A stretch of DNA of 64,000 nucleotides from Dehalococcoidia bacterium (GCA_963665775.2 CAXXTF010000002.1:704001-768000); one strand, 5' to 3'; positions 52,255 through 63,943 are shown, counted from the first letter of the stretch. Numbers and translations: made by a program. The notes: generated from the letters alone by a model not told the origin.

Positions 52255-52587
52255 CTAACCGAACGCAACTGTGGCCGCCCATACCGTACCGGCCAGCGCC
52301 GTCAGGTAGGAGACGACTGCGATCGGCAATGCCAGCGGCTTGAGGCCGATGTCCACCAGGGTATGGCGGAAGCGGTGCGCCCAGTGGAAGAAGGTCAGGG
52401 ACGCCAGCCCGAACAGCACGATCCGAACCAGCACATTCGTGAAGATGTCGTTGAGGCGGTCGAACTCGATCTCCTCAGCGGGCACAACGAAGCCGGTGAG
52501 CACAATCAGGACCGGCACCAGCAGCGCCGCCACCACGCCGCCAGCGGAGAACAGCGACCAGAAGAGCGGTTCGTTTGATCTGCGCAT
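52255..52587 (-). CDS. frdD: Fumarate reductase membrane anchor subunit D
   Basis: RSNEPLFWSLFSAGG, H..HR.RH; three TM helices. Confidence 0.9.
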   Translation of the reverse strand: MRRSNEPLFWSLFSAGGVVAALLVPVLIVLTGFVVPAEEIEFDRLNDIFTNVLVRIVLFGLASLTFFHWAHRFRHTLVDIGLKPLALPIAVVSYLTALAGTVWAATVAFG

Positions 52588-52603
52588 AGCAACTCCTCCG
52601 CGC

Positions 52604-52987
52604 TCAGAGCAGGAAGATGGCGGCAACGACAACGCTCACCACCAGCCAGCCAGCGTAGCTGGCACCTATAATCGCTGCTGGCGGCACTCGCTCCTCGCCG
52701 CGGCGGATCGGGAGCCCTTTGGGCATCGCCTGGAACCAGGTGACGGCGTGCAGCATCACGAACAGCAGCGCCACAACATGGAAACCGATGAATACCGGCG
52801 ATTGGAGGGTGTCTAGGTAGCCCTCGAACGCAGAGGCTCCGTCGTGCACCTTCGTCACCAGCACGAGCAGCAGCACGACGTAGGCGGCAACGAACACCGC
52901 CGACAGCTCGCGCAGCATGAAGATCCGGTACGGCCAACGCTTAAGCCACCAGGTCTTGGAGACGGTGCGGGGGTAGGGCCTAGCCAT
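52604..52987 (-). CDS. frdC: Fumarate reductase membrane anchor subunit C
   Basis: PY.R....WW....Y..FMLRE, H..TWF..MPK. Confidence 0.9.
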   Translation of the reverse strand: MARPYPRTVSKTWWLKRWPYRIFMLRELSAVFVAAYVVLLLVLVTKVHDGASAFEGYLDTLQSPVFIGFHVVALLFVMLHAVTWFQAMPKGLPIRRGEERVPPAAIIGASYAGWLVVSVVVAAIFLL

Positions 52988-52994
52988 CGGGTAT

Positions 52995-53768
52995 TTACTC
53001 CTTGGCGGACTTGCCGCCGAACGGCATCACTAGCGACTGGAACCAGCCGATGGTGCTCTCCACCTTGGCCTGCTGGATGGCACCGGCCGGGTCTACGTGC
53101 TTTGGGCAGACGGTGCTGCACTCGCCGACGAAGGTGCAGTCCCAGATACCGTCGTCCGCCCACACTACCTCATTACGCAGGCGGTTCCCCTGGTCACGCG
53201 AGTCGAGATTGTAGCGCGCCGCCAGCGCCAGCGCGGCCGGGCCGATGAACTCCTCATTTGTCTCGTACACGGGGCAGGCCGCGTAGCAGAGCATGCAGTT
53301 GATGCACATGCTGTACTGCTCGAAGTTAGCCCGCTGCGCCGGGGTCTGCCGGTACTCACCCTCCTCAAGCGGCCGCTCGACGTCGCGGATGATCCAGGGC
53401 TTGACCGCCTGGAGCTTCCCCATGAAGTCGTCGAGCACGATCACGAGGTCGCGCTCAACCGGGAAGTTAGCTAGAGGCTCCACCCGGATCGGGCCCGGAT
53501 AGTAGTCGCGCAGGAACGCCGCGCAGGTCAGCTTCGGTACCCCGTTCACCATCATGCCGCAGCTGCCGCAGATACCCATCCGGCAGGACCAGCGGTAGGA
53601 GAGCGTGCCGTCTACCTCATCCTTCAGGTAGTTGAGGGCATCCAGCACCACCCACTCCGGGCGGTAGGGTACCTCGACCCGCTGGAAGGTGGGGCGCTCA
53701 TCCTGCTCGGGACGGTAGCGGGCCACCTCTAGAGTGACTGTCTGCTCGGTGACGGTGGCGTCAGTCAT
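52995..53768 (-). CDS. frdB: Fumarate reductase iron-sulfur subunit
   Basis: [44 protein letters not shown]. Confidence 0.95.
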   Translation of the reverse strand: MTDATVTEQTVTLEVARYRPEQDERPTFQRVEVPYRPEWVVLDALNYLKDEVDGTLSYRWSCRMGICGSCGMMVNGVPKLTCAAFLRDYYPGPIRVEPLANFPVERDLVIVLDDFMGKLQAVKPWIIRDVERPLEEGEYRQTPAQRANFEQYSMCINCMLCYAACPVYETNEEFIGPAALALAARYNLDSRDQGNRLRNEVVWADDGIWDCTFVGECSTVCPKHVDPAGAIQQAKVESTIGWFQSLVMPFGGKSAKE

Positions 53769-53797
53769 GGACCCTCCAAACCAGGGGGCTGCCGGCC

Positions 53798-55555
53798 CTA
53801 ATGATCCCTGCCATACACACGCTCGGCCGGCGGCCAGTTAGTGATAACCACATCCTGATACTCAATGCGTGGCGCACCCTCGGTCCGGTAGGCGAGCGAG
53901 TGCTTAAGGAAGCGCTCGTCGTCCCGCTCCGGATGGTCGGTGCGCTGGTGTGAGCCGCGAGACTCGGTACGGGCCAGGGCCGAGTGGGCCAGCGCCTCCG
54001 CGATCTCGATCATGAATTCCAGCTCAAGCGCCGCGATCAACTCCGTATTGAAGCTGAGACTGTGGTCATCCAGATGCACGTTGCGGAACCGCTCCTTGAT
54101 CTCGGCGATCTGCTCGGCGCAGGCACGCAGCGGCGCCTCACTCCGGAAGACGCCGGCGCCCGACTCCATCGCACTCTGGAGATCCCTGCGCAGCGTGGCG
54201 ATCCGCTCCGTGCCGTCCTGCTTGCGTATGAAGTCACGGGCGATGCGCTCCTGCTCGTCGGCAGCGAGCCGCTCGAGGGCCGCGACATCGAGCTCGGGAT
54301 GCTCACGCGCCCACCGTGCGGCGTTCTGCCCGGCGCGCGCCCCGAAAACCAGTAGCTCCGTCAGGGAGTTGGAGCCCAGCCGGTTCGCCCCGTTGATACT
54401 GACACAGGCGCACTCACCGGCGGCGTAGAGGCCGGGCAGCGGGGTTGCCGCCTCAATGTCCGTGTGCACCCCGCCCATCATGTAGTGGACCACCGGGCGC
54501 ACCGGGATCGGTTCGTACACGGGGTCTATGCCACCATAGCTTTTGGCGAGCTCCCGCACGAACGGGATCCGCTTGTCGATCTTCTTTTCGCCAAGGTGAC
54601 GCACGTCTAGATGGACGTAGGTCCCGTACGGCCCATCAAAGACGTTTCCCTTCTCCTCCTCCCTTATGAACGCCTGGGAGAGCCGGTCACGCGGACCCAG
54701 CTCCATCGCCCGCTTCTGCGGGTGGCGCGGGTCACGCACGTCTAGCGGCTCACCGAGGTCATAGTGGCGCAGGTAGCGGTCACCGTCCTTGTTAACCAGG
54801 ATGCCACCCTCAGAGCGGGCCGCCTCGGTGATCAGGATGCCGGTGCCGGGAAGGCCGGTCGGGTGATACTGCACGAACTCCAGGTCTTTGAGCGGCACGC
54901 CAGCCAGGTAGGCCATGCCCATGCCGTCACCGGTCTTGATTGCAGCGTTAGTAGTGAACGGAAAGATGCGGCCAGCGCCGCCGGTGCAGAGGATCAACGC
55001 CTTGCCCAGGATCGGTCGCACCTGGCCGGTGCGCAGCTCGATCGCGACCACACCTTGGCAGCGGCCGTTCTCGACCAGCAGGCGGGTGGCGAACCACTCG
55101 TCGTAGCGGCTGACGTTGGCGTACTTGAGCGAGGTCTGGAACAGCGTGTGCAGCATGTGGAAGCCGGTCTTGTCGGCGGCGAACCAGGTACGCTCGATCG
55201 CCATCCCGCCGAACGGGCGCACCGCTACGCTGCCATCGGGCTCCCGGCTCCACGAGCAGCCCCAGTGCTCCAGCTGAATCATCTCGTTCGGCGCCTCCCG
55301 CACGAAGGTCTCGACCGCGTCCTGGTCGGCCAGCCAGTCGGCGCCGGAGACGGTGTCGCCAATGTGGTCCTCCAGGGAATCGTTCGATTTGATGACGGCG
55401 GCGGCCCCGCCCTCCGCGGAGACAGTGTGGCTCCGCATCGGGTAAACCTTGGAGACGATCGCGATGTCGAGGTCGGGGTAGGTCTCGGCGGCAGCGATAG
55501 CGGCGCGCAGGCCGGCACCGCCTCCGCCTACGATCACAATGTCATGCTGGGGCAA
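53798..55555 (-). CDS. frdA: Fumarate reductase flavoprotein subunit
   Basis: [15 protein letters not shown] (covalent FAD His), [21 protein letters not shown]; TTG at 55555 after AAGGAGG. Confidence 0.95.
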   Translation of the reverse strand: MPQHDIVIVGGGGAGLRAAIAAAETYPDLDIAIVSKVYPMRSHTVSAEGGAAAVIKSNDSLEDHIGDTVSGADWLADQDAVETFVREAPNEMIQLEHWGCSWSREPDGSVAVRPFGGMAIERTWFAADKTGFHMLHTLFQTSLKYANVSRYDEWFATRLLVENGRCQGVVAIELRTGQVRPILGKALILCTGGAGRIFPFTTNAAIKTGDGMGMAYLAGVPLKDLEFVQYHPTGLPGTGILITEAARSEGGILVNKDGDRYLRHYDLGEPLDVRDPRHPQKRAMELGPRDRLSQAFIREEEKGNVFDGPYGTYVHLDVRHLGEKKIDKRIPFVRELAKSYGGIDPVYEPIPVRPVVHYMMGGVHTDIEAATPLPGLYAAGECACVSINGANRLGSNSLTELLVFGARAGQNAARWAREHPELDVAALERLAADEQERIARDFIRKQDGTERIATLRRDLQSAMESGAGVFRSEAPLRACAEQIAEIKERFRNVHLDDHSLSFNTELIAALELEFMIEIAEALAHSALARTESRGSHQRTDHPERDDERFLKHSLAYRTEGAPRIEYQDVVITNWPPAERVYGRDH

Positions 55556-55600
55556 ACGAGCCTCCTTCAACCGAAGCTCATTCTATCAAGCATGCTACGT

Positions 55601-56170
55601 CTATTCAATCGTGAATCCGCGCCCTTTCGCCGCCGCCCACGTCAATCCTATGATGCTCTTAGCGTCCTCAATCTGCCCCGACTCCACCAGGGCTAGCGCC
55701 TCCCCCACCGTCAGCCGCTCCACGACGATCTGCTCATCGGGATCGGCCTCGGCGGCGCTCGCCGAAAGCCCGCTGGCCAGGAACAGGTGCACGTACTCCG
55801 TGCAGTAACCCGGCGAGACGTAGAACCCGCCCAGCCGCTGCAGCCTGTCGGCGCGCTGGCCCGTCTCCTCTCGAAGCTCCCGCTGGGCCGCATCCTCCGC
55901 CCCCTCCCCAGCCTCGATGCCGCCGGCGGGCACCTCCAGCAGGGACCGGCCGGCAGCCAGGCGATACTGGCGCACCAGCAGCACTTGCCCCGCCGCATCC
56001 ACCGGAACGATGGCCACCACCTCCTCATGCTCCACCACCTCCCGTACCGCACGGCGGCCGTTGGCCAACTCCACGATGTCCTCCCGCAGGTTCAAGATGC
56101 GCCCCTCGTGAAGGCGGACGCTGGCGACCACGCGTTCAGGCGGCGGGTCTTGAGGGGGCCGGGAGCTCAC
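55601..56170 (-). CDS. NUDIX hydrolase, ADP-ribose pyrophosphatase-like
   Basis: RQYR, EVPAG..E.......RELREETG, SPG. Confidence 0.9.
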   Translation of the reverse strand: MSSRPPQDPPPERVVASVRLHEGRILNLREDIVELANGRRAVREVVEHEEVVAIVPVDAAGQVLLVRQYRLAAGRSLLEVPAGGIEAGEGAEDAAQRELREETGQRADRLQRLGGFYVSPGYCTEYVHLFLASGLSASAAEADPDEQIVVERLTVGEALALVESGQIEDAKSIIGLTWAAAKGRGFTIE

Positions 56171-57045
56171 TGGGGCGCGGCGCCCTTCATCTCGAACAGC
56201 TCCGGATGGTTGGTGGCGTTGAGGGCACGCAGCCAGTCCATCTGCTGGCCGAGCGTGGCGTAGTACTCCTCGCGCCCGGCGAAGCGGACGAAGCGGGCCA
56301 CGTGAGGGCTACGACAAACGGAGACGCGGTCGCCCCTGGCCAGAGGGCGATCCACCTCGCCATCGATGCTCACCACAGCCTCGGACTCCCCGTCTACCAC
56401 AAGACCAACCTCGGCCTGGGGCGGCAGCACCAGCGCCCGTGCAGAGGCCAGATGGGGGGCTACCGGCGTAATCACCATCTCCTGCGACTCCGGGTGGAGG
56501 ATAGGCCCCCCGGCGGACAGCGAGTAAGCCGTGCTGCCCGTGGCCGAGGCCACGATAACGGCGTCGCAGCGGTAGAGCGCCAAACGGGAGCCATCGACAA
56601 AGATGTCCATATATACGGGCCGCCCAGCGGAGCTGCGCCCCGCGACCACATCGTTCAGGGCGTGAAAGGTCAGGCCCCAGGCCGGCACCTGCGCCTGGAC
56701 CATCGTTCGCTCTTCGATGCGGCACCGGCCCTCCAGGACGTCCGGGAGCCGTTCCAGCAGCTCCTGGGGCCGCAGCTCGGCCAGAAAGCCCAGCCGCCCC
56801 ATGTTCACACCGAGGACGGGCACAGAGTGCGGGATGATCGTGCGGGCAGCCCAGAGCATCACCCCATCTCCGCCCAGGCAGATGAGCAGGTCCGTACCGG
56901 GGATCTGCTCCGGCGCCGCCTCGTCGTCCCAGGCGGCGGTCTGCCAGACCTCCTCAACCTTGCCGGTCAAGAAGGCCTCCACACCGTCCGCCAGGTCGCG
57001 GGCGGCGGTCCAGCGCGGGTGAACCAGGATGCCAACCTTCCTCAC
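56167..57045 (-). CDS. nadK: NAD kinase
   Basis: GGDG, GRLGFL, ND, GSTAYSLSAGGP; GTGA overlap with tlyA. Confidence 0.93.
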   Translation of the reverse strand: MRKVGILVHPRWTAARDLADGVEAFLTGKVEEVWQTAAWDDEAAPEQIPGTDLLICLGGDGVMLWAARTIIPHSVPVLGVNMGRLGFLAELRPQELLERLPDVLEGRCRIEERTMVQAQVPAWGLTFHALNDVVAGRSSAGRPVYMDIFVDGSRLALYRCDAVIVASATGSTAYSLSAGGPILHPESQEMVITPVAPHLASARALVLPPQAEVGLVVDGESEAVVSIDGEVDRPLARGDRVSVCRSPHVARFVRFAGREEYYATLGQQMDWLRALNATNHPELFEMKGAAPQ

Positions 57046-57797
57046 GAGGACGCCGCCCCTTCGGCTTCGCTCGCGACAGGCATCAGCCGAAAGAAGAACT
57101 CGCGGTTGCCGGCTGCCCCCAGAATGGGCGAGGACGTGAGCCCTCGGATGCGAAACCCATCCCCCGCACACCAGCCTACGAAGCGCCCGATAAGGGTAGC
57201 GTGCAGGAGTGGCTCCCGCACTATCCCTCCCCTGGACACTTCCCCCTTCTTGGCTTCAAACTGAGGCTTGAACAGGGCCACGATAGAACCCCCCGGGCTG
57301 AGCAGGCGCCGCACCACCGGCAGCACCAGCCGCAGCGAGATGAAGGAGACATCCACCGTGGCGATCTCCACGGGCTCCGCCAGCCCCTCCAGATAGCGCA
57401 CGTTCACCCGCTCCATGACGACGACTCGCGGCTCCTGTCGCAGGCGGTAAGCCAGCTGGCCGTGGCCCACGTCGATCGCGTACACGCGAGAGGCTCCGTG
57501 CTGAAGCAGGCAGTCGGTGAAGCCCCCGGTCGAGGCGCCGATATCGGCGACGACGACTCCCCTCACATCCAACTCGAAGGCGCGCAGGGCGTGCTCCAGT
57601 TTATCGCCGCCGCGGCCCACGTAACGCTGCCGCTCGGCTACCTCCAGAGAGGCCCCCTCATCGACGAGGGTAGCCGGCCTGACGACCTTCTGCGCCTCCA
57701 CAAGCACCGAGCCGGCCATGACCAGGGCTTTCGCCCGCTCCCGACTGTCCGCCAGCCCTCGCTCCAGAAGCAGCACATCCAACCTCTGCTTGCCCAT
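57042..57797 (-). CDS. tlyA: TlyA family rRNA 2'-O-methyltransferase
   Basis: S4 domain, DIGASTGGFTD, DVSFISL, KPQFE, GN.E. Confidence 0.94.
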   Translation of the reverse strand: MGKQRLDVLLLERGLADSRERAKALVMAGSVLVEAQKVVRPATLVDEGASLEVAERQRYVGRGGDKLEHALRAFELDVRGVVVADIGASTGGFTDCLLQHGASRVYAIDVGHGQLAYRLRQEPRVVVMERVNVRYLEGLAEPVEIATVDVSFISLRLVLPVVRRLLSPGGSIVALFKPQFEAKKGEVSRGGIVREPLLHATLIGRFVGWCAGDGFRIRGLTSSPILGAAGNREFFFRLMPVASEAEGAASS

Positions 57798-57894
57798 AAG
57801 CGAATCTCAGCATAGAAGCCGCCCACGCCTCAAGTCAACCGCAAAAGCAGACTGTGCTTCCCTCGGAGACCGGCAGAGGCCTGTCCATAGAAGT

Positions 57895-58572
57895 CTACAA
57901 ACGGCTTACTGACCGTCTCCGCCACCACAAGGCAGCGATGACGCCCACCGCTGCGCCTGCGGTGACCAGCGGCCACCAAGAGAAACCGCCGCCCCCGTTG
58001 GGAGGGCCGCCCGTTGGGGGTAAAGACCCCGGGGACGGCAAAACGAAGCTGGCCGGCACCTCTACGCAGGCCTCATTGGAGGGGGCAGAGAGACCGTCGG
58101 CGTTCCCCGCGAACACCTGGTAGCAGTAGAGACCCTGCGCGGGAAAGCCACGGTCAATGGTTCCCGTGGTGTCCGGCGGTGTAATTATCGCTACGGGGGC
58201 CGGGGATGGTGGTCCTTCGGGAGGAAATGTTTTCACGACACCGAAGCAAATCTCGTTGTCAGCGTTGTCCTGCCAGGTGAGTATGACCTCAAGCTCTTCG
58301 GCGTTCAGGCTGACCTCCAGGTCGGACGGCGAAGCGATCGTCGGAGTAGGGACATCGTCCGGAGGCCAAGGAACACCGCAGTTCTCAAGCAGTCCAGGCG
58401 GCGGCTCTGGCGGCAGCGGGTTCGGCGAAGGCGTTGCCGTGGACGCCGGTGGCGGGGTCGGCGCCGGTCCCTGACCATGTACGGCGGACGCCGCCGCGAG
58501 GGCCACCGCGGCAAGCGAGGCGACTGTCAGGATGGCGGCAAACCGCCGGTTCAACACGATTCTTGAGAACAC
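57895..58572 (-). CDS. Secreted FN3-domain protein with LPxTG-like C-terminal sorting signal
   Basis: Signal peptide, Pro/Thr linker, LTWQDNADNE..YCYQV.A.N..G.S FN3 pattern, LPPTG-TM-WWRRR. Confidence 0.8.
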   Translation of the reverse strand: MFSRIVLNRRFAAILTVASLAAVALAAASAVHGQGPAPTPPPASTATPSPNPLPPEPPPGLLENCGVPWPPDDVPTPTIASPSDLEVSLNAEELEVILTWQDNADNEICFGVVKTFPPEGPPSPAPVAIITPPDTTGTIDRGFPAQGLYCYQVFAGNADGLSAPSNEACVEVPASFVLPSPGSLPPTGGPPNGGGGFSWWPLVTAGAAVGVIAALWWRRRSVSRL

Positions 58573-58602
58573 CCGGACCCCTTCAGTGCGCCGACGGTCG
58601 CC

Positions 58603-59904
58603 CTAAGCCGTCTCGCCCCTGGCCTCGCCCTCCCAGATCTCAACCGCCTGGCCGGTACGCGTAAGCAGCAGCGGCCGCCGTCGGCCTCGGATCGCCTCCG
58701 CGTCCACCACGCACTTCTTGATATCGCCCCGAGAAGGGATCTCGAACATCACGTCCAACAGGCAATCCTCAAGGACGGTACGCAGCCCGCGGGCGCCGGT
58801 CTTGTGCCCCAGCGCCTCCTCAGCGGCGGCATCTACAGCCTCATCCGTCAGCACCATCTCCACGCCGTCTATGGCGAAGAACTGCCGGAACTGTTTGACC
58901 AGCGCATTCTTCGGCTCGGTGAGGACGCGGATGAGCGCTTCCTTATCCAGCGACTGTAGCGACACCATGATGGGGATCCGGCCAACGAACTCAGGGATCA
59001 GGCCGTACTGAAGCAGATCGTCATGCATAACGTGGGCCAGGAGATCATCGGCGGTCTTGGCCGGGTCCCACTCACGCCGGGCCGCCGACCGGAACCCCAG
59101 GCCACGGGTACCCTTGCCGATTCGCTTGCCGACGATAGCGTCCAGCCCCTGGAAGGCGCCGCCGCAGACGAAGAGGATGTTTGCGGTGTTGATCTGGATG
59201 AAGTCCTGATGCGGATGCTTGCGCCCCCCCTGAGGCGGCACGTTAGCGACACAACCCTCGACGATCTTGAGAAGCGCCTGTTGCACACCCTCGCCGGAGA
59301 CATCACGGGTGATAGAGGGGTTCTCCCCGCTCTTCCGGCCTATCTTGTCGATCTCATCGATATAGATGATGCCTCGTTCCGCCCTCGCCACATCGAAATC
59401 AGCGGCCTGGATCAGGCGCAAGAGGATGTTCTCCACGTCCTCTCCCACATACCCGGCCTCCGTAAGTGCCGTCGCATCCGCGATGGTGAACGGCACATCC
59501 AGAATATTGGCCAGGGTGCGCGCCAGCAGGGTCTTCCCTGAACCCGGCGGGCCCAGGAGCAGGATGTTGCTCTTCTCTAGCTCAACCTCCTTCTTCCCCT
59601 GGACACCGATGCGCTTGTAATGGTTGTAGACGGCCACGGAGAGCACCTTCTTCGCCTGCTCCTGGCCCACCACATACTCGCTCAGCTGTTCGTAGATCGC
59701 CTTGGGCGGCGGCACCCGCTGGGGCCGCACCTTGGCCCGGCCGGCGGCTGAAGCGTCCTTCTGGACGATCTCGCGACACAGCTCCACACACTCGTCGCAG
59801 ATATAGACGGAGCCCGGCCCGGCGATAAGCCTGCGGACCTGGTCCTGGCTCTTGCTGCAGAACGAGCAGCTATGGGCTACGCGGCTGCTGCCTTTGGCCG
59901 GCAT
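58603..59904 (-). CDS. clpX: ATP-dependent Clp protease ATPase ClpX
   Basis: CSFC..CDEC zinc finger, [20 protein letters not shown]. Confidence 0.97.
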   Translation of the reverse strand: MPAKGSSRVAHSCSFCSKSQDQVRRLIAGPGSVYICDECVELCREIVQKDASAAGRAKVRPQRVPPPKAIYEQLSEYVVGQEQAKKVLSVAVYNHYKRIGVQGKKEVELEKSNILLLGPPGSGKTLLARTLANILDVPFTIADATALTEAGYVGEDVENILLRLIQAADFDVARAERGIIYIDEIDKIGRKSGENPSITRDVSGEGVQQALLKIVEGCVANVPPQGGRKHPHQDFIQINTANILFVCGGAFQGLDAIVGKRIGKGTRGLGFRSAARREWDPAKTADDLLAHVMHDDLLQYGLIPEFVGRIPIMVSLQSLDKEALIRVLTEPKNALVKQFRQFFAIDGVEMVLTDEAVDAAAEEALGHKTGARGLRTVLEDCLLDVMFEIPSRGDIKKCVVDAEAIRGRRRPLLLTRTGQAVEIWEGEARGETA

Positions 59905-59908
59905 AGGC

Positions 59909-60541
59909 TCACTCCTTGGCCTTGTCCCCAGACCCCGCTGCCGCCGCCACCCTCGATCCCTGCAGAATCTCGTCGATTATGCCGTACTCCTTGGCGCCCG
60001 CGGCATCCAAGAAGAAGTCTCGGTCCGTGTCACGGGCTATGCGCTCCACCTCCTGGCCCGTGTGCTCAGCCAGGATACGCCGGATAACCTCGTTCCGCCG
60101 GATCACCTCCCGCGCATGGATCTCGATGTCTGACGCCTGACCGGTAGCCCCACCGCGAGCCTGGTGCATGTGAATCGTGGAGTTGGGCAGGGCATAGCGC
60201 TTCCCCTTGCTCCCCGCCGTGAGCAGCACCGTGGCCATACTGGCGCACTCGCCCACGCAGATCGTAGCTATGTCAGAGCGCAGCAACTGCATCGTATCGT
60301 AGATCGCCAGGCCGGCGCTTATCACTCCACCCGGCGAGTGGATGTACATGTTGATGTCCTTATCCGGCTCTTCCCGCTCCAGATAGAGGAGCTGGGCGAT
60401 GATCAGGTTGGCGATCTGGTCGTCTATAGGAGTCCCCAGAAAGATGATTCGCTCTTTGAGCAGCAGCGAGAAGATGTCGAACGACCGCTCCCCGCGCGGG
60501 CTCTGCTCAACCACGAACGGTACCATAAGCTCTGGCCTCAC
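59909..60541 (-). CDS. clpP: ATP-dependent Clp protease proteolytic subunit
   Basis: [28 protein letters not shown]. Confidence 0.97.
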   Translation of the reverse strand: MRPELMVPFVVEQSPRGERSFDIFSLLLKERIIFLGTPIDDQIANLIIAQLLYLEREEPDKDINMYIHSPGGVISAGLAIYDTMQLLRSDIATICVGECASMATVLLTAGSKGKRYALPNSTIHMHQARGGATGQASDIEIHAREVIRRNEVIRRILAEHTGQEVERIARDTDRDFFLDAAGAKEYGIIDEILQGSRVAAAAGSGDKAKE

Positions 60542-61905
60542 GATTGCGCCTCCGTTCCTGCCTTCGTTGAACGCTTCTTTCGCTTTGTGGTGGCCGTTTT
60601 CCTAGCCCCTTTGGCCGTTTTGGCGGCCCTCTTCGTCACCCCTTGCCCAGCTATCTCGACCAGCCGGTCGAGCGTCTTGCGAGTCACGAGGGAGCTCCCT
60701 ATCGCCTCCCGCGCCTCGGGGCCCGAGAACATCTGACGCACCGGCTCCGCCTGCGGGCCCGAGGAGCTGACCAGCTTCTCGACCTCCGCGTCTATCTCAG
60801 CTGGCTCCACCTTGACCTCCTCCACCTCGGCCAGGCGGCTAAGCGCCAGGGAGTTACGAACCTGCTCCAGGGCCAGAGGCCGCAACTCCTCCTGCAGCTC
60901 CGCCGGAGAGCGGCCGACCATCTGGAGGTACCGCTCCACATCCTGGCCAACGGCCCGCGCCTGCCCCTGTACAAGCCTCTCCATCTCCCGCTCCACCAGC
61001 AGAGCCGGGAACTCTAACTTCTCGGCCTGCTCCGTCAAGGCAGCGAGAGCTTTCTGCCGATACGCATCTTCCGCCTCCGCCTCCAATCGCTCCCGCCGGT
61101 TGCTATTCAGCCGTTCGCGCAGAGCATCGAGAGTGGCGAAGCCCTCGCCGACCTCGCGCGCAAACTGGTCATCTAGCTCCGACAGGCGCTCCTCCTTCAC
61201 CTCCTTCACGATGACGGTGAAGGTGCCGCTCTCGCCCGAGAAGGGCTGTGAGCCCGATGGCGGCGTCACCGGCACCTCCTTGGAGACACCCTTCTCGGCT
61301 CCCACCAACCCCTCCGCGAAGCCGGGAAGGAGGATCACGGAGCCTTCTCTAAGGTGAAACTCGGCGTCCTCCACGGCGTAGACCTCGCGCCCATCTATGA
61401 CACCCCTCACGTCGGCTCGGACGATGTCACCCATCCGTACCGGCCGCTCCGCCGGCTCATGAATGGCGTAGCGATGGCGCAGATCCTCCAGATCGGCGTC
61501 TACCTCCTTCGGATCGACGGACACGGCCTCCCGCTCCACCCTCAGGCTGTTGTAGTCCCCCAACTCCACCGTGGGGCGCACCGGCACCGTAGCCTTGAAA
61601 GAGAGCGGCTCCTCCTGGACCAGCTCGATCGCCGGCTGGCCGATAGGGTCAATCTCGTGCTCGTCTATAGCAAGGTTGTAAGCCTCTGGAATGAGGCTAT
61701 CCAGCGCCTCCTGAACCAGCCGCCCGCGCCCAACGTGACGCTCCAGCATATTCCTGGGCGTCTTCCCCTTTCGGAAGCCGGGCACTACCACCCGTTGGAC
61801 CAGCTTGCGATAGGCCCTCTCCAGCGAGCGCTCCATCTGCTCCGCCTCGACCTCGATCTCCAGGACGACCTGGCTCTCGGGGAGGCGCTCTGTGGAAACC
61901 TTCAC
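60538..61905 (-). CDS. tig: Trigger factor
   Basis: [10 protein letters not shown] signature, FKBP-like domain; start GTG 61905 or ATG 61908 (the ORF-track extension to 62811 is spurious). Confidence 0.94.
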   Translation of the reverse strand: MKVSTERLPESQVVLEIEVEAEQMERSLERAYRKLVQRVVVPGFRKGKTPRNMLERHVGRGRLVQEALDSLIPEAYNLAIDEHEIDPIGQPAIELVQEEPLSFKATVPVRPTVELGDYNSLRVEREAVSVDPKEVDADLEDLRHRYAIHEPAERPVRMGDIVRADVRGVIDGREVYAVEDAEFHLREGSVILLPGFAEGLVGAEKGVSKEVPVTPPSGSQPFSGESGTFTVIVKEVKEERLSELDDQFAREVGEGFATLDALRERLNSNRRERLEAEAEDAYRQKALAALTEQAEKLEFPALLVEREMERLVQGQARAVGQDVERYLQMVGRSPAELQEELRPLALEQVRNSLALSRLAEVEEVKVEPAEIDAEVEKLVSSSGPQAEPVRQMFSGPEAREAIGSSLVTRKTLDRLVEIAGQGVTKRAAKTAKGARKTATTKRKKRSTKAGTEAQS

Positions 61906-61997
61906 CATCCAATTATAGCAGGGATGCCCGCCCAGACAGAAGGCGTCGCCTTCTCCCCTGTCAGAACCTCCCCGCGCGCTCCGGTAATCATGCCGGA

Positions 61998-62966
61998 TTA
62001 GCGCCGCCGCGGCGATAAGATATCGGTCAGCACGTCGCCCAGTAGGTTGAAGGAGAGCATGAGGGCGGCCAGCACCGTGGCCGGAATGAGCAGCAGGCTG
62101 GGATGAGCATTCAGATTCGAAAGGCCGGACCCCTCGAAGATCATGACACCGAAGCTGGGATGGGGCGGCTGTATGCCGATGCCCAGCCAGGTCAGAGCCA
62201 CCTCCGTGCCGGCTGCGGCGCCCAGGGAGAGGGTGAGGGCCACCACGATGATATTCGAGACGTTCGGCAGGAGATGCCGGAACAGGATGCGAGCGGTGGA
62301 GGCCCCAGCGGAGCGTGCCGCCAGCACGTAATCGGACTCCCGCAAGGAGAGCACCTGGGAGCGAACCACTCGCGCCATCCCTACCCAGCCGAATATGGAC
62401 AGGGCGCCGAATATGAGAAGGTAGCTGGGCGCACCGGAGCTGACCAGCCCGCCGATGCCTGTCCACTCCTCCACGTTCCTGACGAAATCCGTCACCTTCT
62501 CGCTCATCGTGGCTGTGATGATGAGCAGGAGAAGTATCGTGGGCACGGCATAGAAGGCGTCGGCCAGGCGCATGATGAGGTTGTCCAGACGGCCGCCGGC
62601 GTAGCCGGAAAGGAGGCCCATCGTGACCCCCAGCGCCAGACCGCCGGTGACTATAGCCGCCCCCGACACGATGACCGTCGTCTGAGCCGACCAGATGACA
62701 CGGGAAAGCATGTCCCGGCCCAGCCGGTCCGTGCCCAGCGGATGCTCCCAACTGGGTCCCGCGAATATATTCCCGAAGTCCGCCTCCCGGAAGGAGTAGG
62801 GAGCCACCCAAGGCGCCAGGATTCCCGCCAGGTAGAACACGACGATGACGACCAGGGCCACCACCGCCAGCCGGCGGCGGGCCAACCGGCGCAACAGTAC
62901 GAACGAGGGAGAAGGCCGCGCCTGAGGCTGCTCCCAGGCTGGCGTGGAAGCTTCAGCGTAGGCCAT
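61998..62966 (-). CDS. Oligopeptide/dipeptide ABC transporter permease (OppC/DppC)
   Basis: HPLGTDRLGRDMLSR, EAA-loop YVLAARSAGAS, HLLPN, FNLLGD. Confidence 0.93.
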   Translation of the reverse strand: MAYAEASTPAWEQPQARPSPSFVLLRRLARRRLAVVALVVIVVFYLAGILAPWVAPYSFREADFGNIFAGPSWEHPLGTDRLGRDMLSRVIWSAQTTVIVSGAAIVTGGLALGVTMGLLSGYAGGRLDNLIMRLADAFYAVPTILLLLIITATMSEKVTDFVRNVEEWTGIGGLVSSGAPSYLLIFGALSIFGWVGMARVVRSQVLSLRESDYVLAARSAGASTARILFRHLLPNVSNIIVVALTLSLGAAAGTEVALTWLGIGIQPPHPSFGVMIFEGSGLSNLNAHPSLLLIPATVLAALMLSFNLLGDVLTDILSPRRR

Positions 62967-63943
62967 CAGCGCACCTCCCCGCCCAGACGGATGCGCGGGT
63001 CTATGAAGCCATAGGTGATATCCACCAGCAGGTTGGCCCCGATGAAGGCGCCGCCGCCGAGAAGGACGATAGCCATAATGCTGTCGTAGTCCCGGCTCTT
63101 GACGGACTCGAAGGCGTAGGAACCGATGCCGGGAATGCCCAGCAGGGTCTCCAGGAAGATGGAGCCGGCGATGAGGGCCGCCAGCTCGAAGCCCAGAATA
63201 GTAACGATGGGCAGAAGGGCGTTGCGCGCCACGTGCCGGCTCACCACCGTGAAACCCTGAAGCCCCTTGGCGCGGGCGGTGCGAACGTAGTCCTGATCCA
63301 GTACCTCTAAAGTCTGAGCCCGCATATAGCGGGCCAGCCCCGCCACGCCCGGCAACGTCAAGATCAGCACCGGCAGGATGATCCGCTTGGAAAGCAGGCC
63401 GATCTCCACGCCGTAGAACTCGCGCACCTCCCAACCGCCCGACGGCAGCCAGCCCAGCTGCACGGCCAGCAACCACTGCAGGATCGGGATGGTCACCAGG
63501 ACCGGCACCGAGGCGAACAGGAGAAAGACGCCGATGGCCATGGGGTCCAGCCATGTCCCCCGCCTCAGTGCCGCCACGATACCGATGGGGATAGCGATCA
63601 CAAACGTCAGTAAGATAACCACGGCGTTATACTGAACCGTTACCCAGACCCGGGGCAGGATAACGTCTTCCACGGGCACCCCGCGATAGATGATGCTATC
63701 TCCAAAATCCCCCTGGAGAAAGTTCAATACATAGCTACCGTACTGCTGGTAAACGGGATCGTTGAGGCCGCGCGCCTCGCGAATGCGCTCGATAGTCTCG
63801 TTGCTGGCCCGCGGACCGGCCTGGAGCTCAACGTAATCCGAGGGGGCGAAGCGACCCAGGGAGAAGGCCACGACAGACACGGCGAACAGGATCACCGGCG
63901 CCCACAGGAGCCTCTGCAGGACGTAAGGGGCTAGACCCTGCAC
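62966..63943 (-). CDS. Oligopeptide/dipeptide ABC transporter permease (OppB/DppB)
   Basis: GLNDP..QY, DYVRTARAKGL, RNALLP, NLLVDI.Y..IDPRIR. Confidence 0.94.
   Translation of the reverse strand: MQGLAPYVLQRLLWAPVILFAVSVVAFSLGRFAPSDYVELQAGPRASNETIERIREARGLNDPVYQQYGSYVLNFLQGDFGDSIIYRGVPVEDVILPRVWVTVQYNAVVILLTFVIAIPIGIVAALRRGTWLDPMAIGVFLLFASVPVLVTIPILQWLLAVQLGWLPSGGWEVREFYGVEIGLLSKRIILPVLILTLPGVAGLARYMRAQTLEVLDQDYVRTARAKGLQGFTVVSRHVARNALLPIVTILGFELAALIAGSIFLETLLGIPGIGSYAFESVKSRDYDSIMAIVLLGGGAFIGANLLVDITYGFIDPRIRLGGEVR

Noticed and set aside
61909-62811. 300-aa N-terminal extension of trigger factor
   Set aside because: Alternative frame of the permease gene; a -10 box sits just before the true start
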